A program made the position numbers and the translations under genes. The notes beneath the pieces are model-generated. The model was not told where the DNA came from. It was given only the letters and a program-made list of their open reading frames with translations, and made no database searches. A stretch of DNA of 64,000 bases from the IMG/VR virus record IMGVR_UViG_3300042691_018527, positions 1-64,000 of that record; one strand, given 5' to 3'. Positions 8,583 through 18,380 of the stretch are shown in pieces; the stretch's first letter is position 1, and each line of letters starts with the position of its first letter. This DNA comes from a virus.

Positions 8583-10466
8583 TTATGTTTGCGCAACTTC
8601 TGGTGTTGCTTCTGGCGTTTCACCAGCTTCTGGTGTAGCCTCTGGTGTTGTTGCGGAAGCTGCATCTGGTGTAGCTTCTGGTGTTGCTCCACCAGCAGAA
8701 CCGAATTCTGGTATTTCAGATGCGGTCATTCCTGCGCCTCCTCCGGTTGGCGATCCTCCCATTTCACCTTGTGCTGATTTTGCTGCGTTTTCTGCTGCCT
8801 CTACGTGTTCTCTCCAATTTGGTCCTGTGGTTGCAATTTGTTCAAGTTCCCACTTCATTGCAGCATCTTTTCTTAACCATTCCATGTTTTCACTTATTCT
8901 TGAATCATTATAACCAAGATAGTGTCTTTGTGCAAAAGTTTTTGAAATTGATTCATTTTGAGAAACATCACTAAATAATTTGTATTTAAGTTCAAATTCT
9001 TGATTTTTTCTAATTGCAAAAAAGTTAGAAGGGGGATTAAATTCTAAATTAAAATAAGATTCATGTAATTTATATTCTTTCCACCAATTTCTTATTTTTA
9101 AGTGTGTTATAAATGCATTTTTAATTCCCTCTGCAAACTGATTTTGAAGTCTTACGACAAATTTTGCAAATCGCAATTCTTCTCTTAATATCTCAGCCCC
9201 ATCTTTATATCCATCTTCTGGATTAAGTCTTGTTAAAGGTACTTTTAAACTTTTGTATAATTTATTAACAAAATACATAAGATCTTTAAGTTCACCAAGA
9301 TTTTGACCACCTTGCATTAATTCAACATCTGAACCTTCGCCACCGGCTCTTTTTGCAAACCAATATGAATCAAGCATTGATTGTGGATCAAATACATTTG
9401 CCGCACCATTATTACCACCAGATGATCCACTACCTTGACCATTGTATGCTTTTTTATTCCAATATGATTGCATCAATTGTTTTAAATATGCTTCTGCTTT
9501 TGCTGGTGGCATATTGCCAACATCTATTTTAAATTTAAGTCTTTCTGGTGCTCTTACTAATCTGTAAATAACAATAGAGTCTTCTATTAAAGATAATTGT
9601 TTATAAGCTCTTCTGCAACTTTCTATAAAAGGTAGCCTTATGGACTTGTCTTCATTCCATAGACCAGAGTTTATATATGTTATTTGATTTCCTTGAAATG
9701 TAAGAATTTGTTGTTGTAATGCGTTTGTAGGTGATGGCTGATTGTTTGATAATGAACCATTTTTATCGTCCAATGCAATTGGTTTTTGAAATATAAAATT
9801 TTGTATTACATTATTTTGAATATTATCATATAATGGGTTGATAAGTTCTGATGGTATATTTAAAACACCAATAATGCCTAAATCTGGTTTTAATTCATGT
9901 ATAATGTTTTCAAAAAACAATTCACCTTCAATTAAAAGTTGTCTACAATACCCCCATGCTTTATTTTCTAAATCATATATATTTAAAAATTTGTAAAATT
10001 CTTTTTCTATTTCTTCTCTCTCTTCACTTTCCAGTTTACCAAAGCTGGAAAAATTAAGTTTCATTATTTTTCCATTTTCATCTAAATTTATAAATTCATC
10101 ACAAATTTCATCCAAACAATCGGATACTTCTGCGTATGCTGCCATTCTTCTATATTCTGCGATTCTTCTTAATTTATCTGTGTCTATTTGAGCATAAATA
10201 TATTTGTGATATGCATGATCAGAAATACATGAATTTGGGTCTTGATATCCGCCAAATTCATCTTTCATTGATGGTCCCGTTATAATGGACTGTCTCATCA
10301 ATCTTAATTCTTTTCGTTTGGATAAACGATCAAACAACTCATATCTTGGATTGTTGTTTTCTATTTCTACTGTGTTCCTAACATAAGGTAATTTTGATAA
10401 AATAGAAGATACAAAACTTCTTCCGGTATCCGGTTGTGTGTTACTTGTTGGTAAAAAATCAGCCAT
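8583..10466 (-). CDS. gp20: Portal vertex protein (T4 gp20-like)
   Basis: EYRRMAAYAEVSDCLDEICDE, QLSLIEDSIVIYRLVRAPERLKFKIDVGNMPPAKAEAYL, GGQNLGEL, EILREELRFAKFV. Confidence 0.95.
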   Translation of the reverse strand: MADFLPTSNTQPDTGRSFVSSILSKLPYVRNTVEIENNNPRYELFDRLSKRKELRLMRQSIITGPSMKDEFGGYQDPNSCISDHAYHKYIYAQIDTDKLRRIAEYRRMAAYAEVSDCLDEICDEFINLDENGKIMKLNFSSFGKLESEEREEIEKEFYKFLNIYDLENKAWGYCRQLLIEGELFFENIIHELKPDLGIIGVLNIPSELINPLYDNIQNNVIQNFIFQKPIALDDKNGSLSNNQPSPTNALQQQILTFQGNQITYINSGLWNEDKSIRLPFIESCRRAYKQLSLIEDSIVIYRLVRAPERLKFKIDVGNMPPAKAEAYLKQLMQSYWNKKAYNGQGSGSSGGNNGAANVFDPQSMLDSYWFAKRAGGEGSDVELMQGGQNLGELKDLMYFVNKLYKSLKVPLTRLNPEDGYKDGAEILREELRFAKFVVRLQNQFAEGIKNAFITHLKIRNWWKEYKLHESYFNLEFNPPSNFFAIRKNQEFELKYKLFSDVSQNESISKTFAQRHYLGYNDSRISENMEWLRKDAAMKWELEQIATTGPNWREHVEAAENAAKSAQGEMGGSPTGGGAGMTASEIPEFGSAGGATPEATPDAASATTPEATPEAGETPEATPEVAQT

Positions 10467-10546
10467 TGTTATAAATCATATTTATTGTTGAAATATATTT
10501 AATCAATAAAAATTAAACATTTTTGAATAAGTAGATAGAGATTTTA

Positions 10547-12328
10547 ATGAACGCCAGAACATATATACACTCTTTACCAGACGCTCCACTTGTTTTAAAT
10601 CCTAATGCATTTACTCTTATAGATTATGCAAATGAGCTTGGTGAGTATTACACAAATAAAATTACTTTGTGTGCTATTGCTGATTTTACTATTTTGGCTT
10701 ATACATATAGTGAATTTTTTCAAGAATCTGAAGAAGCAAATGCATGGGTTAATTCAAACTCAGCTGTTTTAACAATAGATAATATAAACGTAGGGTCTTT
10801 CCAAAATAACAGTGTCACTGTTCCATTGTCTGTATATTCAAATTCAAATTTCCCAGTATATGTATCTGTTAAAAATATAAATTCTGGTCAAGACACAACA
10901 AGTGAAATTAGGTTTGAAAATAATAATTTTTCAAAATATTTAGTTGCTGGCATTCAAGGTACAAATTTTTTCAATCCAACTTGGACAATTGGTCAACCCG
11001 GCGATTCTTATTTATATAGTAGAGGTTCTAATTTACAAATTGGAACAAGAGATTCTAACGATGTTATAATATATTCAAATGGTGCATTCAGAGGAAATGA
11101 AAGAATTGTAATAAAAGGAGATGGTTCTGGTTATATTGGAATAAACACAAGGGAACCAAAATCAAGTTTAACTGTTGCTGGTACAATATCAACAAATGAT
11201 ATCGTGATAGATGCTACTAATAATTTAAATTTTTGGAAACAAGTAGATTCTTATGTGACGGGAACTAGTGCAGCACACAATCAAGTTTTAAATTTTGTAA
11301 ATTCAAATAGTTCTCAACTTTTATTTAAAACTGGTGGTATCGTATCGGGACCATTAATAACAACAAAAACATCAATACCTACATTCTTAACAAATGAACT
11401 AGTTTCAAAACGATATGTTGATGCTATTGCATTTAATACTACTGTATCTGGAAATTTTATTCCTGAGTTATATTATACAATCACTCAAGTTGATGATTTA
11501 TTAGTAAATCCATATTCGGTTTATGCATATGTGAATTACATTAGTTCTTTTAACCAAGAATCTAATTCTTTCACTGAACAAAATAGTTCAAATCTAATTA
11601 ACGTATCAAATTTAGTAAATTTAGTTTCCAGTGATTGGAACAGTGTTTATTCATACATAAACAATTCAAGTGCAGATGAAGCAAATCAAAATAATTCATA
11701 TTTATTTGTTTTTTCAAATAGCTCAAATATAACTGAAGTATCAAATTATATAAACTCAAATTCAGCATCATTTGATATTTTAAATACAGTAGTCAATTCA
11801 ACAACTGCCAATTGGAACTCAGTTTATTCTTACACTAATTCAAATAGTGCATTTGAATTAGCAGCAAGAACATTTGTTAATAATAATTCTTCTAATACAT
11901 TAGATTTAACAACAACAGTTAATTTTCTTTCATCTCGTTGGCAAGATGCTTACACATACACAAGAGATTATAGTTCAATAAACAACGAAGTAAATAGCTA
12001 CGTAAATTCAAATAGTGGTTATATTGGAATATCTTTAGATTCTTATTATGAATCAGCCCCAAACTGGAATTCAGTTTATTCAAATGTAAATTCAAACAGC
12101 GCAACATATACAACAAAAACATATAATGACTCCTTGTATGTTAGCAAAGAAGATGGTGGTACTGTTAATGCAGACGTTAAAATATATGGTGCTTTTTATG
12201 CTGATACTTTTGGTGTTGGTAATCTTGAACCAGCTTCTACATTAGGAAATTTAATAGGTCGTATTGAAATTTTTAATGATGAGAAAACATCTATTGGATA
12301 CTTGCCAGTATACGATAATATAACTTAA
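10547..12328 (+). CDS. Fibre-like structural protein with degenerate 42-aa repeats
   Basis: IGINTREPKSSLTVAGTIS motif, WNSVYSY repeats, TAAGTA at 10528-10533. Confidence 0.7.
   Translation: MNARTYIHSLPDAPLVLNPNAFTLIDYANELGEYYTNKITLCAIADFTILAYTYSEFFQESEEANAWVNSNSAVLTIDNINVGSFQNNSVTVPLSVYSNSNFPVYVSVKNINSGQDTTSEIRFENNNFSKYLVAGIQGTNFFNPTWTIGQPGDSYLYSRGSNLQIGTRDSNDVIIYSNGAFRGNERIVIKGDGSGYIGINTREPKSSLTVAGTISTNDIVIDATNNLNFWKQVDSYVTGTSAAHNQVLNFVNSNSSQLLFKTGGIVSGPLITTKTSIPTFLTNELVSKRYVDAIAFNTTVSGNFIPELYYTITQVDDLLVNPYSVYAYVNYISSFNQESNSFTEQNSSNLINVSNLVNLVSSDWNSVYSYINNSSADEANQNNSYLFVFSNSSNITEVSNYINSNSASFDILNTVVNSTTANWNSVYSYTNSNSAFELAARTFVNNNSSNTLDLTTTVNFLSSRWQDAYTYTRDYSSINNEVNSYVNSNSGYIGISLDSYYESAPNWNSVYSNVNSNSATYTTKTYNDSLYVSKEDGGTVNADVKIYGAFYADTFGVGNLEPASTLGNLIGRIEIFNDEKTSIGYLPVYDNIT
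11846..11897. repeat. Right arm of the 52-bp inverted repeat (partner 2553..2604)
   Basis: Exact reverse complement of 2553-2604. Confidence 0.85.
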
Positions 12329-12885
12329 CTATAAAAAGCTGCTATTATATTTTGACTAAATTGTGATTCTAATATTTCTTTATCATCAGATGTTGATATG
12401 AAATATTCTCCAAAATAATCTATTAAATCCACTACTTTTATTCCAGACACACATGGTTTTTGTATGTCTATAGCACCTTCAAATGTTTTTTCAAAAGGTA
12501 ATCTACTTCCAACTGTAAGTTTTCCATAGCCAGCCTCATTTTCAACTATTACATCAACAAAACCAGAACCTTTTGGTATTTGTGGAAATTCAAATGAAAT
12601 ACAATTTTCATTGTATGAAAATAATGGTAGTTTTATCCCATAAAAACCAATATTATCAGCTGATAATTTTCTAACTGCGGAAAATGGATTATAAAAAGTG
12701 ATACCATCAAACATCTGTGGGTTTGAAGCACTCAAGTAAACCGATCTTATATCATAAAATGGTTTACCTTTAATCAAAAAACTAAAGTTTTGAGATTGTA
12801 CCAAATCTTGGTTTAATACATAAACAGAACTTGGTTTAACATCAGTTAGTCTTGGTTTCGCGTATATGAAAAATCTGTCAAACAT
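12325..12885 (-). CDS. Hypothetical late protein, possibly Ig/IPT-like
   Basis: ATAAATA upstream; beta-rich C-terminal GFVDVIVENEAGYG. Confidence 0.5.
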   Translation of the reverse strand: MFDRFFIYAKPRLTDVKPSSVYVLNQDLVQSQNFSFLIKGKPFYDIRSVYLSASNPQMFDGITFYNPFSAVRKLSADNIGFYGIKLPLFSYNENCISFEFPQIPKGSGFVDVIVENEAGYGKLTVGSRLPFEKTFEGAIDIQKPCVSGIKVVDLIDYFGEYFISTSDDKEILESQFSQNIIAAFYS

Positions 12886-12901
12886 TTAATTTTAATATTT
12901 A

Positions 12902-13639
12902 TTAACAAGAACAACAGAAATAATCTTCAAGGTTTTGAATTAGTTTTTCTGATTCTGGTAAAGGTGTTGTTTCATCTGCAAAATAATCAGATTGAATAGT
13001 ATATATTTTACCAACTGGTTCTTCTAATTTTTTAAATAACCATCCTTTTATCGTGAAAGATGTATCTGCTGTTATTCTAAATGGTTGTGTTGGTCCTATA
13101 TCATTTGGATATTGTATGTTCGTAGTACCAGACCATAATATTTCGGATCTTATTTCGTATGGTGTGTTTGTTTTATCTGTGAATGGTAATTTCCAAGATA
13201 TAACAATATATGGATCACAATATGGAATAAAATTTGACAGAATTTGATCCATATCATTTTGGTATTTTGTTATTATTGTCATGTTTACGCCAATATTAAT
13301 AGGGACTGGTTGTAATATATTTCTTAGATATGCACCACTTTCATCTAAAGGATTATGATATATATTAAAGGAATCATTTTTATTAAAAACTCTATTTTGA
13401 TCCCTAGTTATTCCATTTATACTAACGGCTATCACAGGAACTATAATGCCACCGGGAGCAGGATTTTTTAAACCATTAAAAACTCTTTGTTTTGGTGCAT
13501 ATACATATGCTACTTTAATTGGATCAACACCAACTTGGTTTTTTGATTTGTCGTACCTTTTAATCGATACATCATTAAAAGCACCAATAAATTGCTCTAA
13601 TAAAGTTTGTATTTCCCACCCGAAGGTATATTTTCTCAT
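12902..13639 (-). CDS. gp15: Tail sheath stabiliser/terminator (gp15-like)
   Basis: QFIGAFNDVSIKR, IKVAYVYAPKQR, PVPINIGVNMTIITKYQNDMDQILSNFIPY, FTIKGWLF. Confidence 0.85.
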   Translation of the reverse strand: MRKYTFGWEIQTLLEQFIGAFNDVSIKRYDKSKNQVGVDPIKVAYVYAPKQRVFNGLKNPAPGGIIVPVIAVSINGITRDQNRVFNKNDSFNIYHNPLDESGAYLRNILQPVPINIGVNMTIITKYQNDMDQILSNFIPYCDPYIVISWKLPFTDKTNTPYEIRSEILWSGTTNIQYPNDIGPTQPFRITADTSFTIKGWLFKKLEEPVGKIYTIQSDYFADETTPLPESEKLIQNLEDYFCCSC

Positions 13640-13649
13640 ATATAACTAA

Positions 13650-13657
13650 TATTTATA
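13650..13657 (-). promoter_or_regulatory. T4-type late promoter TATAAATA
   Basis: Exact consensus 10 nt upstream of the gp15 ATG; gp55 is encoded in the window. Confidence 0.7.
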
Positions 13658-13671
13658 TGAGAATGATTTGA

Positions 13672-13926
13672 TTAAGATGGATTAGGTTCCGGTAGTAATG
13701 ATTTTATTAAATCAAAATCAATATTTTTTCTAATACATTTACATATTTGATATGAAAGGTTAGTTGTGTCTCTTCCATTCTGACCTCTACCATAGCATTT
13801 AGAACAACTACTAGACGGTTTCTTAACAAGAGGAATTTGTCCAATATCAAGCATTTTAACATCTTTTTCTGGAATATCGTAAAAAGTACCAGAAAATACA
13901 CTATATATTGTCTTTTTATTATTCAT
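13672..13926 (-). CDS. Small zinc-finger protein
   Basis: CSKCYGRG...CKC. Confidence 0.6.
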   Translation of the reverse strand: MNNKKTIYSVFSGTFYDIPEKDVKMLDIGQIPLVKKPSSSCSKCYGRGQNGRDTTNLSYQICKCIRKNIDFDLIKSLLPEPNPS

Positions 13927-14275
13927 TTGCGGATATTAATAATATTGTGTCCCAAAATTTGTTATTTTTAATTTTTTTGGGATATACTAATAAATTTGTT
14001 TCAATTTCAGGAGCATGTTTAGATAAAGCTTTAATTCTATAATCAAAATAGATTAAATTCTCATCATCATAAAATTCTACACCATACGGTATTGGTATGT
14101 CAATTTTTTCTTTTTCTTTTTTTGATGTATTTAATATAAAAGTAATGTAAAAATTTGTTTGATAAAAAATTATAAGTTTTCCTTGTTTATAAGTTTTATT
14201 TTTTAATTCAAGTGTAATATTTTTTTGCAATAAAAATTTACATGCTTTTTCAATTTCTGTTCCGTGTATTGTCAT
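13919..14275 (-). CDS. Hypothetical protein
   Basis: Tightly packed ORF in the minus-strand operon. Confidence 0.6.
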   Translation of the reverse strand: MTIHGTEIEKACKFLLQKNITLELKNKTYKQGKLIIFYQTNFYITFILNTSKKEKEKIDIPIPYGVEFYDDENLIYFDYRIKALSKHAPEIETNLLVYPKKIKNNKFWDTILLISANE

Positions 14276-14277
14276 TC

Positions 14278-14658
14278 TTATTTTTCCATGAAAGCAAGTT
14301 TTTCCATTGCTGACATTTTACTCAATCTTTGATTGAAGAATTTTAAAAATGATGCCAATGGTCTGGTTGGAATAGCTGATACAACTTCTACAGCATCAGC
14401 TGGAATATTTCTATAATCTTGCATTATAATATCCCAAACAGTCAATAGTCCTCTAGCTGCTGCATTATATCTTGGTGGTTTAGTTGGTGCTCTAAAATTA
14501 AGTAAATTTTTACCAGCATCGGAATTTAACAAAATAGAATCCAACGTACAAAGCATTCTTCTTGTTGGTGGGATTCTCAACTTATTTCTGCGAACAAATT
14601 TAAGTTCAACAATATTAGTTGAACAAATTTTAGCTAAATTTTGTAATCCCACTGCCAT
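14278..14658 (-). CDS. WYL_2/Sm-like SH3-fold protein
   Basis: VELKFVRR...RRMLCTL...LTVWDIIMQDYRNIP pattern. Confidence 0.6.
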   Translation of the reverse strand: MAVGLQNLAKICSTNIVELKFVRRNKLRIPPTRRMLCTLDSILLNSDAGKNLLNFRAPTKPPRYNAAARGLLTVWDIIMQDYRNIPADAVEVVSAIPTRPLASFLKFFNQRLSKMSAMEKLAFMEK

Positions 14659-14659
14659 T

Positions 14660-15043
14660 TTATTGATCTTTTAACTGACAGACTCCGAAAATTCTAGATT
14701 CATTTAAAAACACAACATGTTTCAAATCATTCATATTTGCTACTTGTATTCCTTTATCGTTTGGAAAAACAACAACATCTCCTTCTTTAACAGTTTTACA
14801 ATCTGGTCCAGCTAAAACAACTTTAGCTAATCTCCAAGTAAAGTTTACTGCATTGATTGGAACATATATGCTTCCTCTTTTTACTTCAGTGCCATCTTCA
14901 CTTACATCGATATATTGACACATTAAAATGTCATCTAATACTTTTGTTAGTTTCCATCCATCTAAATTAAAATCTTGTCCTAGATAATGATCTATTTGGA
15001 TTTTTCCACCGATTACGTCTTCTTGTTTTGGTCGTGCTATCAT
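14660..15043 (-). CDS. Co-chaperonin GroES/Cpn10-like
   Basis: GSIYVP, AKVVLAGPDCKTVKEGDVVVF, FLNESRIFGV. Confidence 0.8.
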   Translation of the reverse strand: MIARPKQEDVIGGKIQIDHYLGQDFNLDGWKLTKVLDDILMCQYIDVSEDGTEVKRGSIYVPINAVNFTWRLAKVVLAGPDCKTVKEGDVVVFPNDKGIQVANMNDLKHVVFLNESRIFGVCQLKDQ

Positions 15044-15048
15044 GATTA

Positions 15049-15426
15049 TTAATTATTACTGTTGTTTAATTCTTCAAGTGTTTTTGTAAAAAAATCAATT
15101 TCTCTTTTAGAACATTCAAACCTACTTGCTGTTATATAATTCTCTTCATCGGAATCAATCTCTTTTGATGTTTTTTTAATGTAATTTATTCTCTTTGTAT
15201 GTTTAGGTAAAACTGTTCTATAAAAAGAAGAAATATCAAAATCCTTGTAAACATCTAACCATTTGTTTGTTGTTAAATTAATTATATGACAATAACTTTC
15301 ATTTGCCATCGAAAGCCACCGATTTATTAAAAAATAAGGCGGGTTATAATCTTCAAATTTTTTATTTGTCTTTTTTGTTATCCAATCCAAAAAACAAAAC
15401 AAACTATCATCTTTATTTTTCATCAT
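15049..15426 (-). CDS. gp62: Clamp loader small subunit (gp62-like)
   Basis: LFCFLDWITKK...YNPPYFLINRWLSM...FECSKRE pattern and size. Confidence 0.65.
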   Translation of the reverse strand: MMKNKDDSLFCFLDWITKKTNKKFEDYNPPYFLINRWLSMANESYCHIINLTTNKWLDVYKDFDISSFYRTVLPKHTKRINYIKKTSKEIDSDEENYITASRFECSKREIDFFTKTLEELNNSNN

Positions 15427-16094
15427 TTATACAATTTTTGAAATTTTAACGAGCTTTGCATCCACTCTTCAGTATTCATGCTGTCTCCAAGACCGAAATG
15501 AGTAACCTTTATTGGATATACACCTATTTTTAACTTATTTTTATTTGCATTCAAGCAAAATGTTATGTCGTAGTGGTGAAAATCAAAGTTTTCATCAAAT
15601 CTTGTGTTTGAATCTAATAATTTTTTGACAGAAACCGCTATAAAAAGACCATCTATAATCAATGCTCTGGAATCAGTAGGACCAAACACAGTTGTCCAGT
15701 AAACTTTATCCTTTGAGTGTGCTACTTCTCCAACGTGGTCTTGTCTTTCGCTCATTAAGTGCCATGCTGGTGGTTTTGTTATGTCACATTTCTTAGTTCC
15801 TGCCAATCCAACAATGTCGTACTTCTCAAATGCTACATCTAGTTTTTCAAATAAAAAAACATCTTCAATCAAAACATCGTCGTGTACAAAAATTATTTTT
15901 TTATCAGAATTTTCTTGAGTTATGAAACTGTTGTATACTTTAGTAAGACTAGTTTTGTTTTCATATAAAACAGTACTATTTGAAAAATTTTCAGTTTTAT
16001 CTAAAAATAAACAAATTGGACTGTTTTTTTTAAAATTTTCTTCATTATTCTGTGTTGCAACTACAAAATGATAATTATTTAGAGATTTATACAT
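15423..16094 (-). CDS. GT-A glycosyltransferase (Glyco_tranf_2_5-like)
   Basis: SLTKVYN, FVHDDV, DIVGLAG, IDGLFIAV, FDENFDFHHYDITFC. The ATG at 16094 avoids overlap with the divergent gene. Confidence 0.8.
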   Translation of the reverse strand: MYKSLNNYHFVVATQNNEENFKKNSPICLFLDKTENFSNSTVLYENKTSLTKVYNSFITQENSDKKIIFVHDDVLIEDVFLFEKLDVAFEKYDIVGLAGTKKCDITKPPAWHLMSERQDHVGEVAHSKDKVYWTTVFGPTDSRALIIDGLFIAVSVKKLLDSNTRFDENFDFHHYDITFCLNANKNKLKIGVYPIKVTHFGLGDSMNTEEWMQSSLKFQKLYK

Positions 16095-16101
16095 AGACAA
16101 G

Positions 16102-16109
16102 TATAAATA
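16102..16109 (+). promoter_or_regulatory. Late promoter TATAAATA
   Basis: Exact consensus upstream of the ATG at 16124. Confidence 0.65.
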
Positions 16110-16123
16110 TATCATATATAGCC

Positions 16124-16738
16124 ATGAAATCAAAGAAAAAGGAAAATAAAAAAGTTAAATACAAAAAGATTGAAAACGAAGTAAAGAGAATTTTGCGTTC
16201 GAACAAAGATCGATTGAACTTACATGAAGACATTAATCCTTTTGCGGCTAGAGTTTTGTTTTCTTTGATTAAAGAACAAGAGGAAGAATCTTCCGAAGAT
16301 GTTAAACAGCAAGAACAACCAAAGGTAAAGACACCAGAAGATTTTACACCAGAAGCAAACAAAGAAGATTTTCAAAAATCATTAGATCCAGAAACTTCTC
16401 CAGACCAATTTGATGTTGAAGGAGTCTCTGCCGATTTAACAGCAGAAACTATAAACACTATCAAAGAATGGTCTAAAAAGTTAGATGATTTTGCTGAATT
16501 TTTAAATAATCCAGATCAAGCAACCAGTGAAGGAAAACCATCACTCCATAAAATTTTATCAGACGGTGATAGGACTGGAAGTCTTTTACGCGGTGTTACA
16601 AGAAAAGCATCCGATAGTATAACAAGAATTGCCGGTGAAATTGAAAAGTTAAAAGAAATTCTTAACACGTATATTATTACAGCACCTAAGAAACTTCGTG
16701 ACACCGAAGGTCAAGTGTCTGGATGGACTCAGTTTTAA
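16124..16738 (+). CDS. Hypothetical late protein (acidic, coiled-coil)
   Basis: 204-aa ORF behind a late promoter. Confidence 0.65.
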   Translation: MKSKKKENKKVKYKKIENEVKRILRSNKDRLNLHEDINPFAARVLFSLIKEQEEESSEDVKQQEQPKVKTPEDFTPEANKEDFQKSLDPETSPDQFDVEGVSADLTAETINTIKEWSKKLDDFAEFLNNPDQATSEGKPSLHKILSDGDRTGSLLRGVTRKASDSITRIAGEIEKLKEILNTYIITAPKKLRDTEGQVSGWTQF

Positions 16739-17694
16739 TATAAACTGTTCAATATAATATTATAGTCTATTTGGTTAGTTTCTTCAAACATAACCATTTC
16801 GTTAAAATCTTTATATGACATGTGTAATGGCCATTTAAAGATATTTTCTCCATCTAATAGCATTTTCTTGGTTTTTTCCTTAGACGCATCATCCATTTTA
16901 GGATTATCTAGAACCCAAATTTTTTTATGAAACGGAAACTCTGATAACTGTGTTTGCTGGGTATCTGATAATGTTAAGCCAGCAACGCTTACTCCGTTTT
17001 TAACAAACATTGCATCGATTGGTCCTTCAAAAATAAAAATATATGGAAGATTGATATCTACTTTATCTATATTAAACACAGATTTCTCTGATCCTTCTTT
17101 GCCCAAGTATCTTGGATGTGAGTTATCCAAACACCTAGTTTGATAAAAAATAATTTTATTATTTCTATCGTAAAACGGAATGCAAATTCTATTTTTGTGT
17201 ATAAAATCTTTAAAACTAACAAATAAATTAGACGGTCTGTTTATTGCAACATCCAATCTTCTTTCTTTTAAATATTTCAAAGCAATATTAAATTCTTTAT
17301 TGTTTGAATAGAATTTAATTTGAGTTTCATCAAACAAATTTATTGAATCATATGGAAGATCCATGTTTTGTCGTCTTTTCGATATAGGAACAATTTGTTG
17401 TTTTTTAAAAATATCAACAGATGTGTCATTACTCATTATCTCTTGATCTATTTCATCCTTTGATAAACCCGACACTTGTTTAATCCAAGATAACGAAGAC
17501 CATGTTCTAGAACAATTAAAACAATGCATTGTTCCAGTGTTTGGATAAAAAAACAATCTTTTCTTCTTTCCTAGACTCTTACCTTCTCTACAAACAGGGC
17601 ATCCAGCGTTGTAAGTGCCATCATGCTTTCTAAATGTAGGTTCTATTGAATATGAATAGAATTTATTTAAAATATATGTTTCTGGTAACTTCAT
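16735..17694 (-). CDS. gp61: DNA primase (gp61-like)
   Basis: CPVC...HCFNC zinc ribbon, FEGPIDAMF TOPRIM motif, LDNP, KDFNEM. ATG at 17694. Confidence 0.92.
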   Translation of the reverse strand: MKLPETYILNKFYSYSIEPTFRKHDGTYNAGCPVCREGKSLGKKKRLFFYPNTGTMHCFNCSRTWSSLSWIKQVSGLSKDEIDQEIMSNDTSVDIFKKQQIVPISKRRQNMDLPYDSINLFDETQIKFYSNNKEFNIALKYLKERRLDVAINRPSNLFVSFKDFIHKNRICIPFYDRNNKIIFYQTRCLDNSHPRYLGKEGSEKSVFNIDKVDINLPYIFIFEGPIDAMFVKNGVSVAGLTLSDTQQTQLSEFPFHKKIWVLDNPKMDDASKEKTKKMLLDGENIFKWPLHMSYKDFNEMVMFEETNQIDYNIILNSLY

Positions 17695-17701
17695 TTTGAC
17701 C

Positions 17702-17730
17702 AATATGAATCAAAATAAACCGACAGTCAA
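17702..17730 (-). promoter_or_regulatory. Sigma70-type promoter, near-leaderless, for primase
   Basis: TTGACT-N17-CATATT, then 7 nt to the ATG. Confidence 0.6.
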
Positions 17731-17732
17731 GA

Positions 17733-18380
17733 CTATTTAAATGTTGCTGGGATAATATCAGAAATCAAACTTTGGTCTTCACCGAATGCTTTGCCTTCTT
17801 CTGTCAAATAAAGCTCGGTTAGCTTTATTCTCTCTTGTTGATTTCCAAATATTTCAATTAATGCTGGAGAATCTTCAACTGGAAACACTCTACCGTCTCC
17901 TCGGTTATATGAGTCTTTAAACGCCTTAAATATAGTATCAATCTCTTGTCTATAAAGTGAATCTACTTCTCTAAACCCATTATCTTCTATCTCAACTGGA
18001 GAAACTTTTGTTAGTGGGATAAAAAACAAAATATCATATAATTTAAGCGTTTCCCTGATAATAATTCTTTGCTGATCTAAGAATTTGTCTGAAACTTTTT
18101 CATATAAATTCAGCCATGTTGAATATGCCAACACATCAAGAACACTCCTATCATAAATAACAGATTCTTGTTTTGATGTTTCGGTTAATTGGTCAATTAA
18201 ACTGTTTAAAATTAAAGTTTGAGTTTCTTCTGTTGAATCTTTACTATGTGGTAAATTAAGTTCTTTCAGTTTATCTCTGTAAGAATTCGAAGGTGTTTTA
18301 TACATCGACCATTTATTAATAAAATCGTTTATGTATGTTGTTTTACCTACACACGTGGTTCCTATAATTGCAATTTTCAT
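17733..18380 (-). CDS. P-loop nucleoside/nucleotide kinase-like ATPase (AAA_28/NadR type)
   Basis: IAIIGTTCVGKTT Walker A, IYDRSVLDVLAY, YDILFFIP. Confidence 0.75.
   Translation of the reverse strand: MKIAIIGTTCVGKTTYINDFINKWSMYKTPSNSYRDKLKELNLPHSKDSTEETQTLILNSLIDQLTETSKQESVIYDRSVLDVLAYSTWLNLYEKVSDKFLDQQRIIIRETLKLYDILFFIPLTKVSPVEIEDNGFREVDSLYRQEIDTIFKAFKDSYNRGDGRVFPVEDSPALIEIFGNQQERIKLTELYLTEEGKAFGEDQSLISDIIPATFK

Noticed and set aside
8586-8780. GC-richer repetitive patch at the portal 3' end as an RNA element
   Set aside because: Explained by the low-complexity ATPEA/Gly-rich C-terminal tail of gp20.
1006-12328. Diversity-generating retroelement acting on fibre genes
   Set aside because: No reverse transcriptase in the window, and repeat differences are not adenine-specific.
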